DNA of 64,000 nt from Chloroflexota bacterium. Lineage in GTDB: Bacteria > Chloroflexota > Anaerolineae > Anaerolineales > Anaerolineaceae. Location: assembly GCA_012729755.1 (NCBI GenBank), contig JAAYCN010000030.1, forward strand, positions 18,738-82,737, in the 5' to 3' direction. The notes beneath the pieces were generated by a model. The model made no database searches and was not told where the DNA came from. It saw only the letters and a list, made by a program, of their open reading frames with translations. Below, one piece after another: positions 24,067 to 33,065 of the stretch (positions are counted from its first letter, which is position 1; the number at the start of each line of letters is the position of its first letter). The translations under genes and the position numbers were made by a program.

Positions 24067-25608
24067 TTAAAAACCAGCCCTTTCTGCGATCACCCTGGTC
24101 ACTTCAGCCAGCTTTTGCTCAGCTTCTGCCTGGATCGCTTTGATCTCAGCCAGCATTGCCGCCGGTTCCGACTCATTTTCCAGGCCAAGCAGGTTGATTT
24201 TCACGTTCATTCCCGCCGCTCTGACCGCCGCCACCGCCAGATTTACGCCAGCGCCAGCGTCTGATATGGCAGTGAGATTGCCGATCTCAGCCATCCTCAA
24301 ACAGAGTTTCAGGGCTTCCAGAGACTCACGCGCTGATTCCAGCGGCACTTGCGCCGCCTGCAGCGTCGCGTCGTGAATAGCTGTCAGACGGGCGGCTTGT
24401 TCGCTCTCGGTCGCCTTAGACAATTTTCTCGCCGCCATGATTTCATTAAAAGCGTCTGAATCGCGTTTGATTCCATTGGTCAGACTGATTCTCAATGCCT
24501 CACCTTTTTCAATCACCTGCCAGGCTTCCGCCTCCGCGGCAGCATATTTGGCTTTGCCGACTGTCAGGCGTGCTACCATCACCGCCAGCGCCGCGGCCAG
24601 TGCGCCGGAATACGCTGCGGTGCTGCCACCGCCTGGGGCTGGCGTACCTTCCGCGACCTGCTCGATAAACACCTGCCGGTCATCAGTTGTCGTTGCTTCT
24701 TCGGATGCGGCTGAGACAGCAAACACTCTTGAATCAAGCAGTTGATCTGCCTCCAACCCGTCCAGCTGTAAATACCAACGCGCCGCGTTAATCAACGCCT
24801 GGTTCGGAATCAGTCCCACAATCTCCGAGTGGTGGATTCCCACCCCATAACGCTGGGCTTCACGTCGGATCATCTCAGTCACCTGCGCCATCGGAGAGCG
24901 CTTGTAATTGGTCAGGTTCATCGAAACTTGCGCCATGCCATCCACCAGAACTCCCATGGCCTTCACAAAATGGAAGCCGCCCGTCGAATTGCGCGCTCTG
25001 CGTGCGACCTTCTCGGCGATTGTCACATCAGAGGTCGTCAGGAAAATATTATAGGCGATCAATGGCTCCCTCGCCCCAATCACCGTCGCCCCAGCCGGAC
25101 CAAGTTCTTTTGGCCCATAATCTGGTTCCCGATACGGATCGGTGGCAATTACCTCTCTCAACCCCTCAAACTCACCCTTACGGATGTCCTCAAGATTGCG
25201 CCGGTCCTGGCGCAGCGCGGCTTCTTCGTAGAGATAGACAGGTATGTTGAGTTCTTCGCTGACTTTTTTAGCCAGCCGTCGAGCCATTTCAACGCATTCC
25301 ACCATTGTCACCCCAGCGATCGGCACAAAAGGCACCACGTCAGTTGCGCCGATGCGCGGATGCTCGCCCTGATGCGTGTTGAGGTCAATCACCTCAGCCG
25401 CTTTGGCTATCCCCGCGTACGCCCCTGCTTCGACCGCCTGCGGTTCGCCAATAAATGTCAAAACCGTGCGGTTATGGTCAGAATCAGAGTGTCGGTCCAA
25501 AACAGTCACACCCGGAACAGCCGCCACCGCGGCGATAACTTCCGCGACCACCTCCGGACGGCGTGCCTCTGAAAAATTTGGAATACATTCAACAATTTTT
25601 GCTGTCAC
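24067..25608 (-). CDS. ftcD: Fused glutamate formimidoyltransferase - formiminotetrahydrofolate cyclodeaminase
   Basis: 513 aa. The N-terminus IVECIPNFSEARR is typical of formiminotransferase. The C-terminal region of about 190 aa is an Ala-rich helical cyclodeaminase-like domain. Confidence 0.85.
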   Translation of the reverse strand: MTAKIVECIPNFSEARRPEVVAEVIAAVAAVPGVTVLDRHSDSDHNRTVLTFIGEPQAVEAGAYAGIAKAAEVIDLNTHQGEHPRIGATDVVPFVPIAGVTMVECVEMARRLAKKVSEELNIPVYLYEEAALRQDRRNLEDIRKGEFEGLREVIATDPYREPDYGPKELGPAGATVIGAREPLIAYNIFLTTSDVTIAEKVARRARNSTGGFHFVKAMGVLVDGMAQVSMNLTNYKRSPMAQVTEMIRREAQRYGVGIHHSEIVGLIPNQALINAARWYLQLDGLEADQLLDSRVFAVSAASEEATTTDDRQVFIEQVAEGTPAPGGGSTAAYSGALAAALAVMVARLTVGKAKYAAAEAEAWQVIEKGEALRISLTNGIKRDSDAFNEIMAARKLSKATESEQAARLTAIHDATLQAAQVPLESARESLEALKLCLRMAEIGNLTAISDAGAGVNLAVAAVRAAGMNVKINLLGLENESEPAAMLAEIKAIQAEAEQKLAEVTRVIAERAGF

Positions 25609-25748
25609 GATGGCTCCTTTCTCAACATCTTTCTATTATACCCAACCTGACGGCAATTCTGCCTGTGTTCAACCCAACAATCGAATTTGTCGATCTTGAT
25701 ATTATTCAGATTCATATCAATATTCTTGATTCTTAATTGCATTTTTAC

Positions 25749-25777
25749 TTGACTTAATTGATTTTATGGTTTATTAT
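25749..25777 (+). promoter_or_regulatory. Putative promoter of the DUF2089 operon
   Basis: TTGACT, 17-nt spacer, TATTAT, in an AT-rich divergent intergenic region. Confidence 0.45.
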
Positions 25778-25807
25778 CTCCAACATGCTTGAGAAAGGAG
25801 CCTAAAA

Positions 25808-26218
25808 ATGCCGAAATTCAGTCCGAAGTGTCCAATTTGTGGTGAACAGGTGACCGTTATTCGTTTCTATTGCCCATCCTGCGACACCCGAGTGGACGGC
25901 AATTTTGAAATTCAAACCGATCCGTTTTCATCTTTAACTCCAGAGCAAACCAATTTTCTTTTAGCCTTTGTTCGTGCCGAAGGTCGCCTGAACCGCCTCG
26001 AGGAAATACTCGGCATCTCCTACCCTACGCTTAAGAATCGGCTTAATGAGGTAATTCGCGCCCTGGGATATGAACCCGATCAGGAAAAACCCAGAGTCGT
26101 CTCCCCCTCAGAGCGCATGGCCATCCTCGAAGATCTCGAAAATGGCCGCATCACCCACGACCAGGCCTTGCGGTACCTGCGGGGAGAAGAACCATTTCAT
26201 ACTCAGGAAGGAGCCTAA
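25808..26218 (+). CDS. DUF2089-type zinc-ribbon/HTH protein with a C-terminal SHOCT-like helix
   Basis: CPICGE..(12)..CPSCDT zinc ribbon, HTH-like LEEILGISYPTLKNRLNEV, and C-terminal ERMAILEDLENGRITHDQALRYL. Confidence 0.78.
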   Translation: MPKFSPKCPICGEQVTVIRFYCPSCDTRVDGNFEIQTDPFSSLTPEQTNFLLAFVRAEGRLNRLEEILGISYPTLKNRLNEVIRALGYEPDQEKPRVVSPSERMAILEDLENGRITHDQALRYLRGEEPFHTQEGA

Positions 26219-26219
26219 A

Positions 26220-26618
26220 ATGCCTGTTATTGACGAAAAAATGAGAATTCTTAGAATGCTCGAAGAAAGCAAAATCACTGCCGAACAGGCAAACGAACTG
26301 CTTTCTGCCTTAGCCTCCATTGACAACGCTGCCAATGTTTCAGGCGGCGATTTTGGCCAGTCTGCTGACACAAAACAGGCCAAATGGCTGGTGGTCAGGG
26401 TGACCGATACGCTCACCGGGAAGAAAAAAACCAACTTGCGCCTGCCTGTGGATGTCATTCGCGCCGCCAAGCGTTTCGGCAGCGCCAAAGGCAAGTTAAA
26501 CATCGACGGCCTGGAACTTGAAGATATGAGCGAGCTGCTCGACGCAGGCATGACCGGCCTGGTCGTCGACCTAATGGAAGAAAAATCCAACGAACACGTT
26601 GAAGTCTTTTTGGAATAA
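26220..26618 (+). CDS. SHOCT-like-domain protein (YvlB/LiaX N-terminal type), paralogue 1
   Basis: The start is 1 nt after the upstream stop, with the same GGAGCCTAAAA-ATG context as the first gene. N-terminus EKMRILRMLEESKITAEQANELLSAL. Confidence 0.72.
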   Translation: MPVIDEKMRILRMLEESKITAEQANELLSALASIDNAANVSGGDFGQSADTKQAKWLVVRVTDTLTGKKKTNLRLPVDVIRAAKRFGSAKGKLNIDGLELEDMSELLDAGMTGLVVDLMEEKSNEHVEVFLE

Positions 26619-26640
26619 ACCGGGGTGGCCTGCTGCATAT

Positions 26641-26668
26641 CAGCGGCTGTCCTATGCGACAGCCGCTG
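26641..26668 (+). other. Perfect 11-bp stem-loop between the two SHOCT-like genes
   Basis: cagcggctgtc-ctatgc-gacagccgctg with no T-tract after it. Possible processing, stability or attenuation element. Confidence 0.5.
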
Positions 26669-26695
26669 CCATGATAAACTTAATTTGAGTAAATC

Positions 26696-27103
26696 ATGAA
26701 CACAAACGATGAACGTATTCGCATCCTGACCCTCGTTCAAGACGGCAGCATTGGTGTCAATGAGGCTACTGAATTATTACGCGCCCTCGATCTGAATGCG
26801 AACGGTTTAGACCAGGCCGATTCAGAGGCTGATTCTCCTGCCAGTGTTCCGCGGCTGCTGCGAATTCTCAAAACCAATGAGCTGACCCATCAAACCCTTG
26901 CCGATATTACCATTCCACTCGACCTGCTCAAGGCCGGCATGCGCGTCGGAGCCAATTTCTATCTCGACCTTGCCGGGTTAAGCCCCGCCCAGCTCGACCT
27001 GCTTGTCAGCAGTCCGCAGCAATTCGTCAAAAAATTTGGCTCGAATTTCCCGGACTTCTATAACGAAGAGACCAACGAAAGCATCCACCTATCCCTGGTC
27101 TGA
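26696..27103 (+). CDS. SHOCT-like-domain protein, paralogue 2
   Basis: N-terminus ERIRILTLVQDGSIGVNEATELLRAL. The central region IPLDLLKAGMRVG parallels LPVDVIRAAKRFG in paralogue 1. Confidence 0.72.
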   Translation: MNTNDERIRILTLVQDGSIGVNEATELLRALDLNANGLDQADSEADSPASVPRLLRILKTNELTHQTLADITIPLDLLKAGMRVGANFYLDLAGLSPAQLDLLVSSPQQFVKKFGSNFPDFYNEETNESIHLSLV

Positions 27104-27247
27104 ATTGCGACTTCCATCCAACGATTGTTAAAAGATTGTCAAATCACCCATAACCCTCGACCGGGCTATTGACCCTGGCAGGGATGGTAGTAATATTCAC
27201 GCTTGTTAATTAACCATGACCTATTGAAAGTATAATTCTCTCATCAT

Positions 27248-30130
27248 ATGACGACACAATTGAGCAGTTTAGAACCCGGCTTTCTCGAGACAAAGCAAAG
27301 TTTAACGCCTGATCAGCTTTACTCAGCCTTGCGGTCGCGCCCTGAGGGCTTAACCACCTCCGAAGCGCAGCAGCGCCTGGAAGCGTTTGGCCTTAACAAG
27401 CTGCGCGAAGCCAAGGGCAAACCCCTCATCCTTCGTTTCCTCTCCAACTTCATCCACCTGATGGCAATCATGCTGTGGATCGCGGGCATCGGCGCCTTAA
27501 TCGCCCGCATGCCCGAGCTTGCCATTGCGGTCTGGGCAGTTAATGTGATCAATGGCGCCTTCAGCTTTTTTCAGGAATTCCGTGCTGAGAAAGCGACAGA
27601 GGCGCTTAAAAAAATCCTCCCGGCCGCTTCCCGCGTGATGCGCGATGGCGAAGAAAAGAAGGTGCTCGCCGAAGAGATCGTGCCTGGGGACGTAATCTTC
27701 CTCCAGGAAGGCGACAGTATCTCCGCGGATTGCCGGCTGATCAACAGCTCTGACCTGAGAGTCAATCAGTCGACGCTCACCGGCGAGTCCCGCGCGGTTA
27801 ACCGCTCTGCTGAACTGGTCGGGGGTGAAGGTCTCACCGAGACTGAAATTCCCAACCTCGTGTTCGCGGGAACATTTGTGGCAGCCGGTTCGGGCAAGGC
27901 CATTGTCTATGCCACCGGTATGAACACTGCTTTCGGCCGCATTGCCCGCCTGACCCAGGATGTCAAAGAAGAGCTTAGCCCGCTTCAGCAGGAAATGAAG
28001 AGCATGACCAAAATTGTCACTCTGATCGCTGTGGGTGTGGGTCTGCTGTTTTTGTTGCTTTCCCTCTTCTTCGCGCGCATGACGGTCGCCGAAGCGGTCA
28101 TTTTCTCCATCGGTATGGTCGTCGCCTTTGTTCCTGAAGGGCTGCTGCCGACAGTTACCCTTTCGCTCGCGATGGCCACTCAGCGCATGGCCAAACGCAA
28201 CGCCTTAATCAAGAAACTTTCCTCTGTTGAAACTCTCGGCTGTACCAACGTCATCTGCACCGACAAAACTGGCACTTTAACGCAGAACGAAATGACCGTC
28301 CGCGACGTGTGGCTGCCGACCAGCGAAGACCATGGCAGGGTTATTAATGTGGCAGGTATCGGTTATGAGCCTGTTGGCGAATTAACCGAGAATGGCCAGC
28401 TAATCGATGCCAAAACTGACTATGCCCTGAGTTCTGTCATCCTCACCCATGCCCGCTGCAACACCTCCAAACTTCTTCCTCCCGAGCCCAACGGCTCCGA
28501 AACGGTCAACCACTGGCGCGTTCTCGGCGACCCCACCGAAGCCGCTCTGGTCGTGCTGGCAAACAAAGCTGGTTTCAATTCAGACGAATTCAGCTACGCG
28601 CGAACGATCGCTGAGCTGCCTTTTGATTCACGCCGCAAGCGCATGACCGTCGTTGAACTGACCGCCAACGCTGAAGGTCGTTTCGAACGCCGCGCCTACG
28701 TCAAAGGCGGCATCCGCGAGATTTTGGACGCTTGTGACAGCATTTTAATCGGCGGCGAAATCCAGCCCATCACTGAGGAACGAATCAATAAGATCATGGC
28801 GGTAAACGACGATTACGCGCGCCTGGGATTGCGCGTTTTGGCTGCCGCGACACGCGTTCTGCCTGATGATTTTCAGGATTATTCGATCGAATCAGTCGAA
28901 TGCAACCTGACCTTTTTAGGCATGGTCGCCATGCAGGATCCGCCGCGTCCCGATGTGACTGCCGCTGTGAAGAAATGCCACAGCGCCGGCATCCGCATCG
29001 TAATGATTACAGGCGACTACGGCTTAACCGCCGAAAGCATCGCCCGCAATATCGGCATCGTTGAAGGTCAAAACCTGCGCATCGTTACCGGTGTCGAGCT
29101 CGAAAACATGTCAGACAAAGATCTCAAAGACGCGGTCAAAGATGAGGTTATTTTTGCCCGTGTCGCCCCCGAACACAAATTAAAAGTCGTCAACGCTTTT
29201 CAGGAGTTAGGCAATGTCGTCGCCGTAACAGGTGATGGCGTCAACGATGCTCCGGCGCTCAAAAAAGCCAATATTGGCGTCGCCATGGGCATCACCGGCA
29301 GCGATGTCGCCAAAGAAGCCGCCTCGATGATTCTGACTGACGATAATTTTGGCTCAATTGTCAATGCCATCGAAGAAGGGCGTGCTGTTTACGAGAATAT
29401 CAAACGCTTCTGCACCTATATTTTCACCAGCAACACCCCCGAGGCCTTACCCTTCGTGCTTTACGCCCTGTCCGGTTCGGCTATTCCGCTCGCCCTGCGC
29501 GTGATGCAGGTGCTCGCCGTTGACCTCGGCACCGATATCGTGCCCGCGCTTGGCTTGGGAGCCGAACCTCCCGAACAGGGAATAATGGAACAACCCCCGC
29601 GTAAATTAAGTGATCATTTGATCACCAAAGACCTCCTCTCCCGCGCTTATCTGATCCTCGGACCGGTCCAGGCGCTCGTCGCCATGGTCTCGTTCTACTT
29701 CTTTCTCTGGACGATCAACCCTGCTTTCAGAGGTCTCTTCGGCCCGGGTTTGCCCAATGAAACTTTTCAACCTAAACTCTACTACGCCGCGACCGCGATG
29801 GCTTTTGGCGGGGTCGTCATGTCTCAAATCGGCAACTTATTCGCTCAGCGCGCTTCCAAACGTTCGATTTTCAAGGTTCCTTTGTTTAATAACAAACTGA
29901 TCTGGATCGGCATCGCCAGCGAAATCCTATTAACCCTGGCGATTGTGTATGTTCCGTTCATGAATAAATTCGTTCAGACCGCGCCATTTCCACCGCGTTA
30001 CTGGCTATTCCTGATCCTCTGGATTCCCATCCTGCCGATCGTGGATGCCATCCGTAAAGCGGTCATCGGCACGCTTAAAACAAACAGGCAAAAACGTGAG
30101 GCCTCCGGCCTCAAAGGAGAGGTGCTATGA
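27248..30130 (+). CDS. Cation-transporting P-type ATPase, type II (TM4 motif closest to the Na,K/H,K-ATPase-like subgroup)
   Basis: 960 aa with a Cation_ATPase_N region (LTTSEAQQRL..FG.N.L), TGES, VPEGLLPTVTLSLA, ICTDKTGTLTQNEMTV, MQDPPR, MITGD and TGDGVNDAPALKKA. Confidence 0.92.
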   Translation: MTTQLSSLEPGFLETKQSLTPDQLYSALRSRPEGLTTSEAQQRLEAFGLNKLREAKGKPLILRFLSNFIHLMAIMLWIAGIGALIARMPELAIAVWAVNVINGAFSFFQEFRAEKATEALKKILPAASRVMRDGEEKKVLAEEIVPGDVIFLQEGDSISADCRLINSSDLRVNQSTLTGESRAVNRSAELVGGEGLTETEIPNLVFAGTFVAAGSGKAIVYATGMNTAFGRIARLTQDVKEELSPLQQEMKSMTKIVTLIAVGVGLLFLLLSLFFARMTVAEAVIFSIGMVVAFVPEGLLPTVTLSLAMATQRMAKRNALIKKLSSVETLGCTNVICTDKTGTLTQNEMTVRDVWLPTSEDHGRVINVAGIGYEPVGELTENGQLIDAKTDYALSSVILTHARCNTSKLLPPEPNGSETVNHWRVLGDPTEAALVVLANKAGFNSDEFSYARTIAELPFDSRRKRMTVVELTANAEGRFERRAYVKGGIREILDACDSILIGGEIQPITEERINKIMAVNDDYARLGLRVLAAATRVLPDDFQDYSIESVECNLTFLGMVAMQDPPRPDVTAAVKKCHSAGIRIVMITGDYGLTAESIARNIGIVEGQNLRIVTGVELENMSDKDLKDAVKDEVIFARVAPEHKLKVVNAFQELGNVVAVTGDGVNDAPALKKANIGVAMGITGSDVAKEAASMILTDDNFGSIVNAIEEGRAVYENIKRFCTYIFTSNTPEALPFVLYALSGSAIPLALRVMQVLAVDLGTDIVPALGLGAEPPEQGIMEQPPRKLSDHLITKDLLSRAYLILGPVQALVAMVSFYFFLWTINPAFRGLFGPGLPNETFQPKLYYAATAMAFGGVVMSQIGNLFAQRASKRSIFKVPLFNNKLIWIGIASEILLTLAIVYVPFMNKFVQTAPFPPRYWLFLILWIPILPIVDAIRKAVIGTLKTNRQKREASGLKGEVL

Positions 30131-30774
30131 AAATTCTCATCATTGGTTGTGGCCGTCTCGGCGCGGGCTTGGCCAACGCGCTCAACCTGCAGGGAATTGA
30201 TGTATCCATTATCGACAGCGACCCTAAAGCTTTCGAAGCCTTGAGCAAAACCTTTAAAGGCCGTACCTTTACGGGCATCGGGTTCGACGAGAAGCTGCTG
30301 AAAGAAGCCGGCATTGAAAAATGCGATGCTTTGGCCGCAGTTACCGCCAGCGATGAAGCCAACCTGGTTGCCGCCCGGGCGGCCAAAATCGTTTTTAAGG
30401 TTCCCCGCGTCGCCGCCCGTGTCTACGAGCCCAATAAAGCCAAGATCTATCGCCGCCTCGGCATCCAGACGATTTCACCAGTTACGCTGGGCATAGAACG
30501 CCTCATCTCCACCCTGATTTATTCCAACCTCGCCATTGAGCGCGTCATTGGCGCGGGTCAGATCACATTGGTGGATATGGATGTCAAGCCCCACATGGTT
30601 CACAAGTCTGTCAAGTTCGTAGACATTCCTGGTGAGGTGGAGGTCGTTGCCATCACCCGAAACGGTAAAACCTTCATGCCTAATTCGGCGACTGTATTTC
30701 AAACAGGCGATTTGGTCCACCTGTTCGTAGCCGCTGGTTCCAAAAACAAAGCCAGTCAAGCCTTTGGTAATTAA
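30127..30774 (+). CDS. trkA: TrkA/KtrA-type RCK protein (TrkA_N + TrkA_C)
   Basis: ATGA overlap with the ATPase stop. Rossmann motif MKILIIGCGRLG. C-terminal RCK_C-like region (V.V.AI.RNGK....NS.TV.Q.GD.V). Confidence 0.88.
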   Translation: MKILIIGCGRLGAGLANALNLQGIDVSIIDSDPKAFEALSKTFKGRTFTGIGFDEKLLKEAGIEKCDALAAVTASDEANLVAARAAKIVFKVPRVAARVYEPNKAKIYRRLGIQTISPVTLGIERLISTLIYSNLAIERVIGAGQITLVDMDVKPHMVHKSVKFVDIPGEVEVVAITRNGKTFMPNSATVFQTGDLVHLFVAAGSKNKASQAFGN

Positions 30775-30784
30775 GGAGGTAAGA

Positions 30785-31453
30785 ATGAAAGTAATGATTA
30801 TTGGCGGAGGTAAGGTTGGCACTTATCTGGCGACTTACCTGCTCAAAGAAAAGCATGAAGTCAAGGTGATCGAGCTGCGCAGTGAAGAAGAGCCGCGCAT
30901 GCTGCTCGACCTGCCCAAGGCAAGCATTGTCATCGGAAACGGCACCGATCCAGATATGCTCGAATCCAGCGGCATCCGCAGGATGGATGTGGTTGCCGCG
31001 GTAACCGGCGTGGATGAAGTCAATCTGACCGCACTGAGCCTGGCGCGCTTCGAGTTCCTCGTGCCTCGTACCATCGCGCGTATCAATCATCCCAAGAATG
31101 CCTGGATGTTTTCCGATTATATGGGTGTTGACGTAGCGCACAACCAGGCTGACCTGATCGCTCACCTGATCGCCGAAGAAATGTCATTAGGCGACATGAT
31201 GACCCTGCAGATGCTGCGCCGCGGCAATTACAGCGTCGTGGAAGAAAAAATCTGCCCAACCGCGCGGGCTAATGGTAAGGCGATTAAAGACCTGAAATTA
31301 CCTGACCAGTGCAATATCGCGGCCGTGCTTCGCGACGGGAAACTGATTATTCCGCATGAAGATTTGGTCTTTCAACCCGCCGATGAAGTCCTGGCCATCG
31401 TCCATCAATCCCAAAAGAAAGAACTCGCGCGATTCTTTGACCGCGTCGCCTGA
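30785..31453 (+). CDS. trkA: TrkA/KtrA-type RCK protein, second paralogue
   Basis: AAGGAGG RBS. MKVMIIGGGKVG. C-terminal RCK_C region (I.DL.LP....IAAVLRDGKLIIP..D.V.QP.DEVLA). Confidence 0.88.
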   Translation: MKVMIIGGGKVGTYLATYLLKEKHEVKVIELRSEEEPRMLLDLPKASIVIGNGTDPDMLESSGIRRMDVVAAVTGVDEVNLTALSLARFEFLVPRTIARINHPKNAWMFSDYMGVDVAHNQADLIAHLIAEEMSLGDMMTLQMLRRGNYSVVEEKICPTARANGKAIKDLKLPDQCNIAAVLRDGKLIIPHEDLVFQPADEVLAIVHQSQKKELARFFDRVA

Positions 31454-31477
31454 TCCATTTATCAATTTGTCAGGAGA

Positions 31478-31499
31478 ACAGCCGTCAGGCTGTTTTTCT
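31478..31499 (+). terminator. Intrinsic terminator closing the ATPase-trkA-trkA operon
   Basis: acagcc-gtca-ggctgt followed by ttttctt. Confidence 0.7.
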
Positions 31500-31542
31500 T
31501 TATGGTACGATTTAACCAGTTTATCGAGAATAAGGAACTATC

Positions 31543-33015
31543 ATGACCATTCGTACCCGTTTCGCCCCCAGTCCCACCGGCTATATGCATATCGGCAACC
31601 TGCGCACCGCGCTTTACGCTTATCTGATCGCCAAACATGCCGACGGCACTTTCATTTTGCGTATCGAAGACACAGATCAGTCCCGCAACCAACCTGAAAC
31701 GCTTCAGGTGATTTACGACGGGTTAGCTCTCGCTGGGTTGGTATACGATGAAGGGCCAGACAAAGATGGCGGCAAAGGTCCCTATGTGCAGAGTCAGCGC
31801 CTGCCGATTTACAGGAAATATGCCGAAGAGCTGGTCAAAAAAGGCGCTGCGTTCTATTGCTTCTGTCAAAAAGAAGAAAAACACAGCGAAGAGGGCGAAG
31901 CGACAGCCGATTTCACCCGAGACCCATGCCGCGACCTTTCCAAAGCGGAGGTCGAGGCCAGACTGTCAGAAGGGTTCACTCCCGTTATTCGCCAACGCAT
32001 CCCTGATTCTGGCACAACAACTTTCCACGACCTGCTTTTCGGCGATATCACCTTTGAGAATTCCCAGCTCGATGACCAGGTTTTATTGAAGAGCGATGGT
32101 TTCCCGACTTACAACTTTGCCAATGTGATCGATGATCACCTGATGGAAATCACCCATGTCGCCCGCGGGCAGGAGTATCTGTCCTCCTCACCGAAGTACA
32201 ACCTGCTCTACGAAGCTTTCGGCTGGCCGATCCCTGAATACGTTCATCTCCCCCTCATCGTCAAGGCGGATGGCAGCAAACTTTCCAAGCGCAGGGGCGA
32301 TCCGACTTTCGAAGACCTCATCCGCATGGGTTACCTGCCGGAAGCTATTGTGAATTATGTCGCTCTGCTCGGGTGGAACCCAGGCACCGAACAGGAATTC
32401 TTCCGTCTCGAAGATCTGGTCAAAGCCTTTGACACGAAGCGTATCAGCAAGTCCCCGGCTGCATATTCGCTCGACAAGCTAACCTGGCTCAATGGCGAAC
32501 ACATCCGGGCGCTCACGCCTGAAGCTTTCCATAAACTCGCCCTGACTTATTATCCAGAGACAGTCCGAGACCTTGATCTGGCCAAAATCAGCAGGCTGAT
32601 CCAGATCCGCACCGAACGTCTCACTGACATTCCCGAAGCGGTCGTCTTCCTCGGCGCTCTACCCTCTTATGAGGTCAGCCTGTTTGTGCATGAAAAATCT
32701 AAATCAACACTTAATTCCTCAAAACAGGTACTCGAACAGGTTATTCCTCTGCTTGAAAACCTCGAAGAGTGGAACAATGACGCCATCTTCGCCCTGCTTA
32801 AGGAATATGCCGGTTCACATGAGCTAAAACTTGGCACAGTGATGTGGCCAATTCGCAGCGCCCTTTCAGGCCAGAGCAGCACCCCAGGCGGCGCGACTGA
32901 ACTCGCCGACCTGCTCGGAAAGCGCGAATCCATCCACCGTTTGAAGCGCGGCCTGGCCAAATTGATCGTGCGCTCCATGGATATCCACCTCGAGAATCTC
33001 AAGCCTTCCGCTTAA
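31543..33015 (+). CDS. gltX: Glutamate--tRNA ligase
   Basis: RTRFAPSPTGYMHIGNLRTAL (HIGH region) and KLSKR motifs. 490 aa. Confidence 0.95.
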   Translation: MTIRTRFAPSPTGYMHIGNLRTALYAYLIAKHADGTFILRIEDTDQSRNQPETLQVIYDGLALAGLVYDEGPDKDGGKGPYVQSQRLPIYRKYAEELVKKGAAFYCFCQKEEKHSEEGEATADFTRDPCRDLSKAEVEARLSEGFTPVIRQRIPDSGTTTFHDLLFGDITFENSQLDDQVLLKSDGFPTYNFANVIDDHLMEITHVARGQEYLSSSPKYNLLYEAFGWPIPEYVHLPLIVKADGSKLSKRRGDPTFEDLIRMGYLPEAIVNYVALLGWNPGTEQEFFRLEDLVKAFDTKRISKSPAAYSLDKLTWLNGEHIRALTPEAFHKLALTYYPETVRDLDLAKISRLIQIRTERLTDIPEAVVFLGALPSYEVSLFVHEKSKSTLNSSKQVLEQVIPLLENLEEWNNDAIFALLKEYAGSHELKLGTVMWPIRSALSGQSSTPGGATELADLLGKRESIHRLKRGLAKLIVRSMDIHLENLKPSA

Positions 33016-33065
33016 TCTCTGGCATAGCAATTGCACCCGTCATTCTATACTAATTTGACGGGTGA

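Noticed and set aside
24829-25572. Long antisense ORFs inside well-supported genes. Examples: 24829-25572 (+) inside ftcD, 26108-26740 (-) across the SHOCT-like genes, 40691-41209 (-) inside cdaA, 42740-43327 (-) inside der, 18711-19334 (+) inside the L,D-transpeptidase, and 45871-46341 (-) inside the PIN-TRAM gene.
   Set aside because: Their translations are low-complexity (Arg/Ser/Ala/Pro-rich), they have no RBS, and they are fully shadowed by ORFs with clear family motifs. This is typical antisense read-through in moderately GC-rich coding DNA.
27104-27247. Possible ydaO-type c-di-AMP riboswitch upstream of the ATPase-trkA operon or the LysM gene (50351-50476), and T-box leaders upstream of gltX, cysS and serS.
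   Set aside because: The intergenic regions are short (about 60-145 nt) and AT-rich, and they lack the conserved GC-rich helices or the T-box sequence. gltX, cysS and serS have leaders well under 100 nt.
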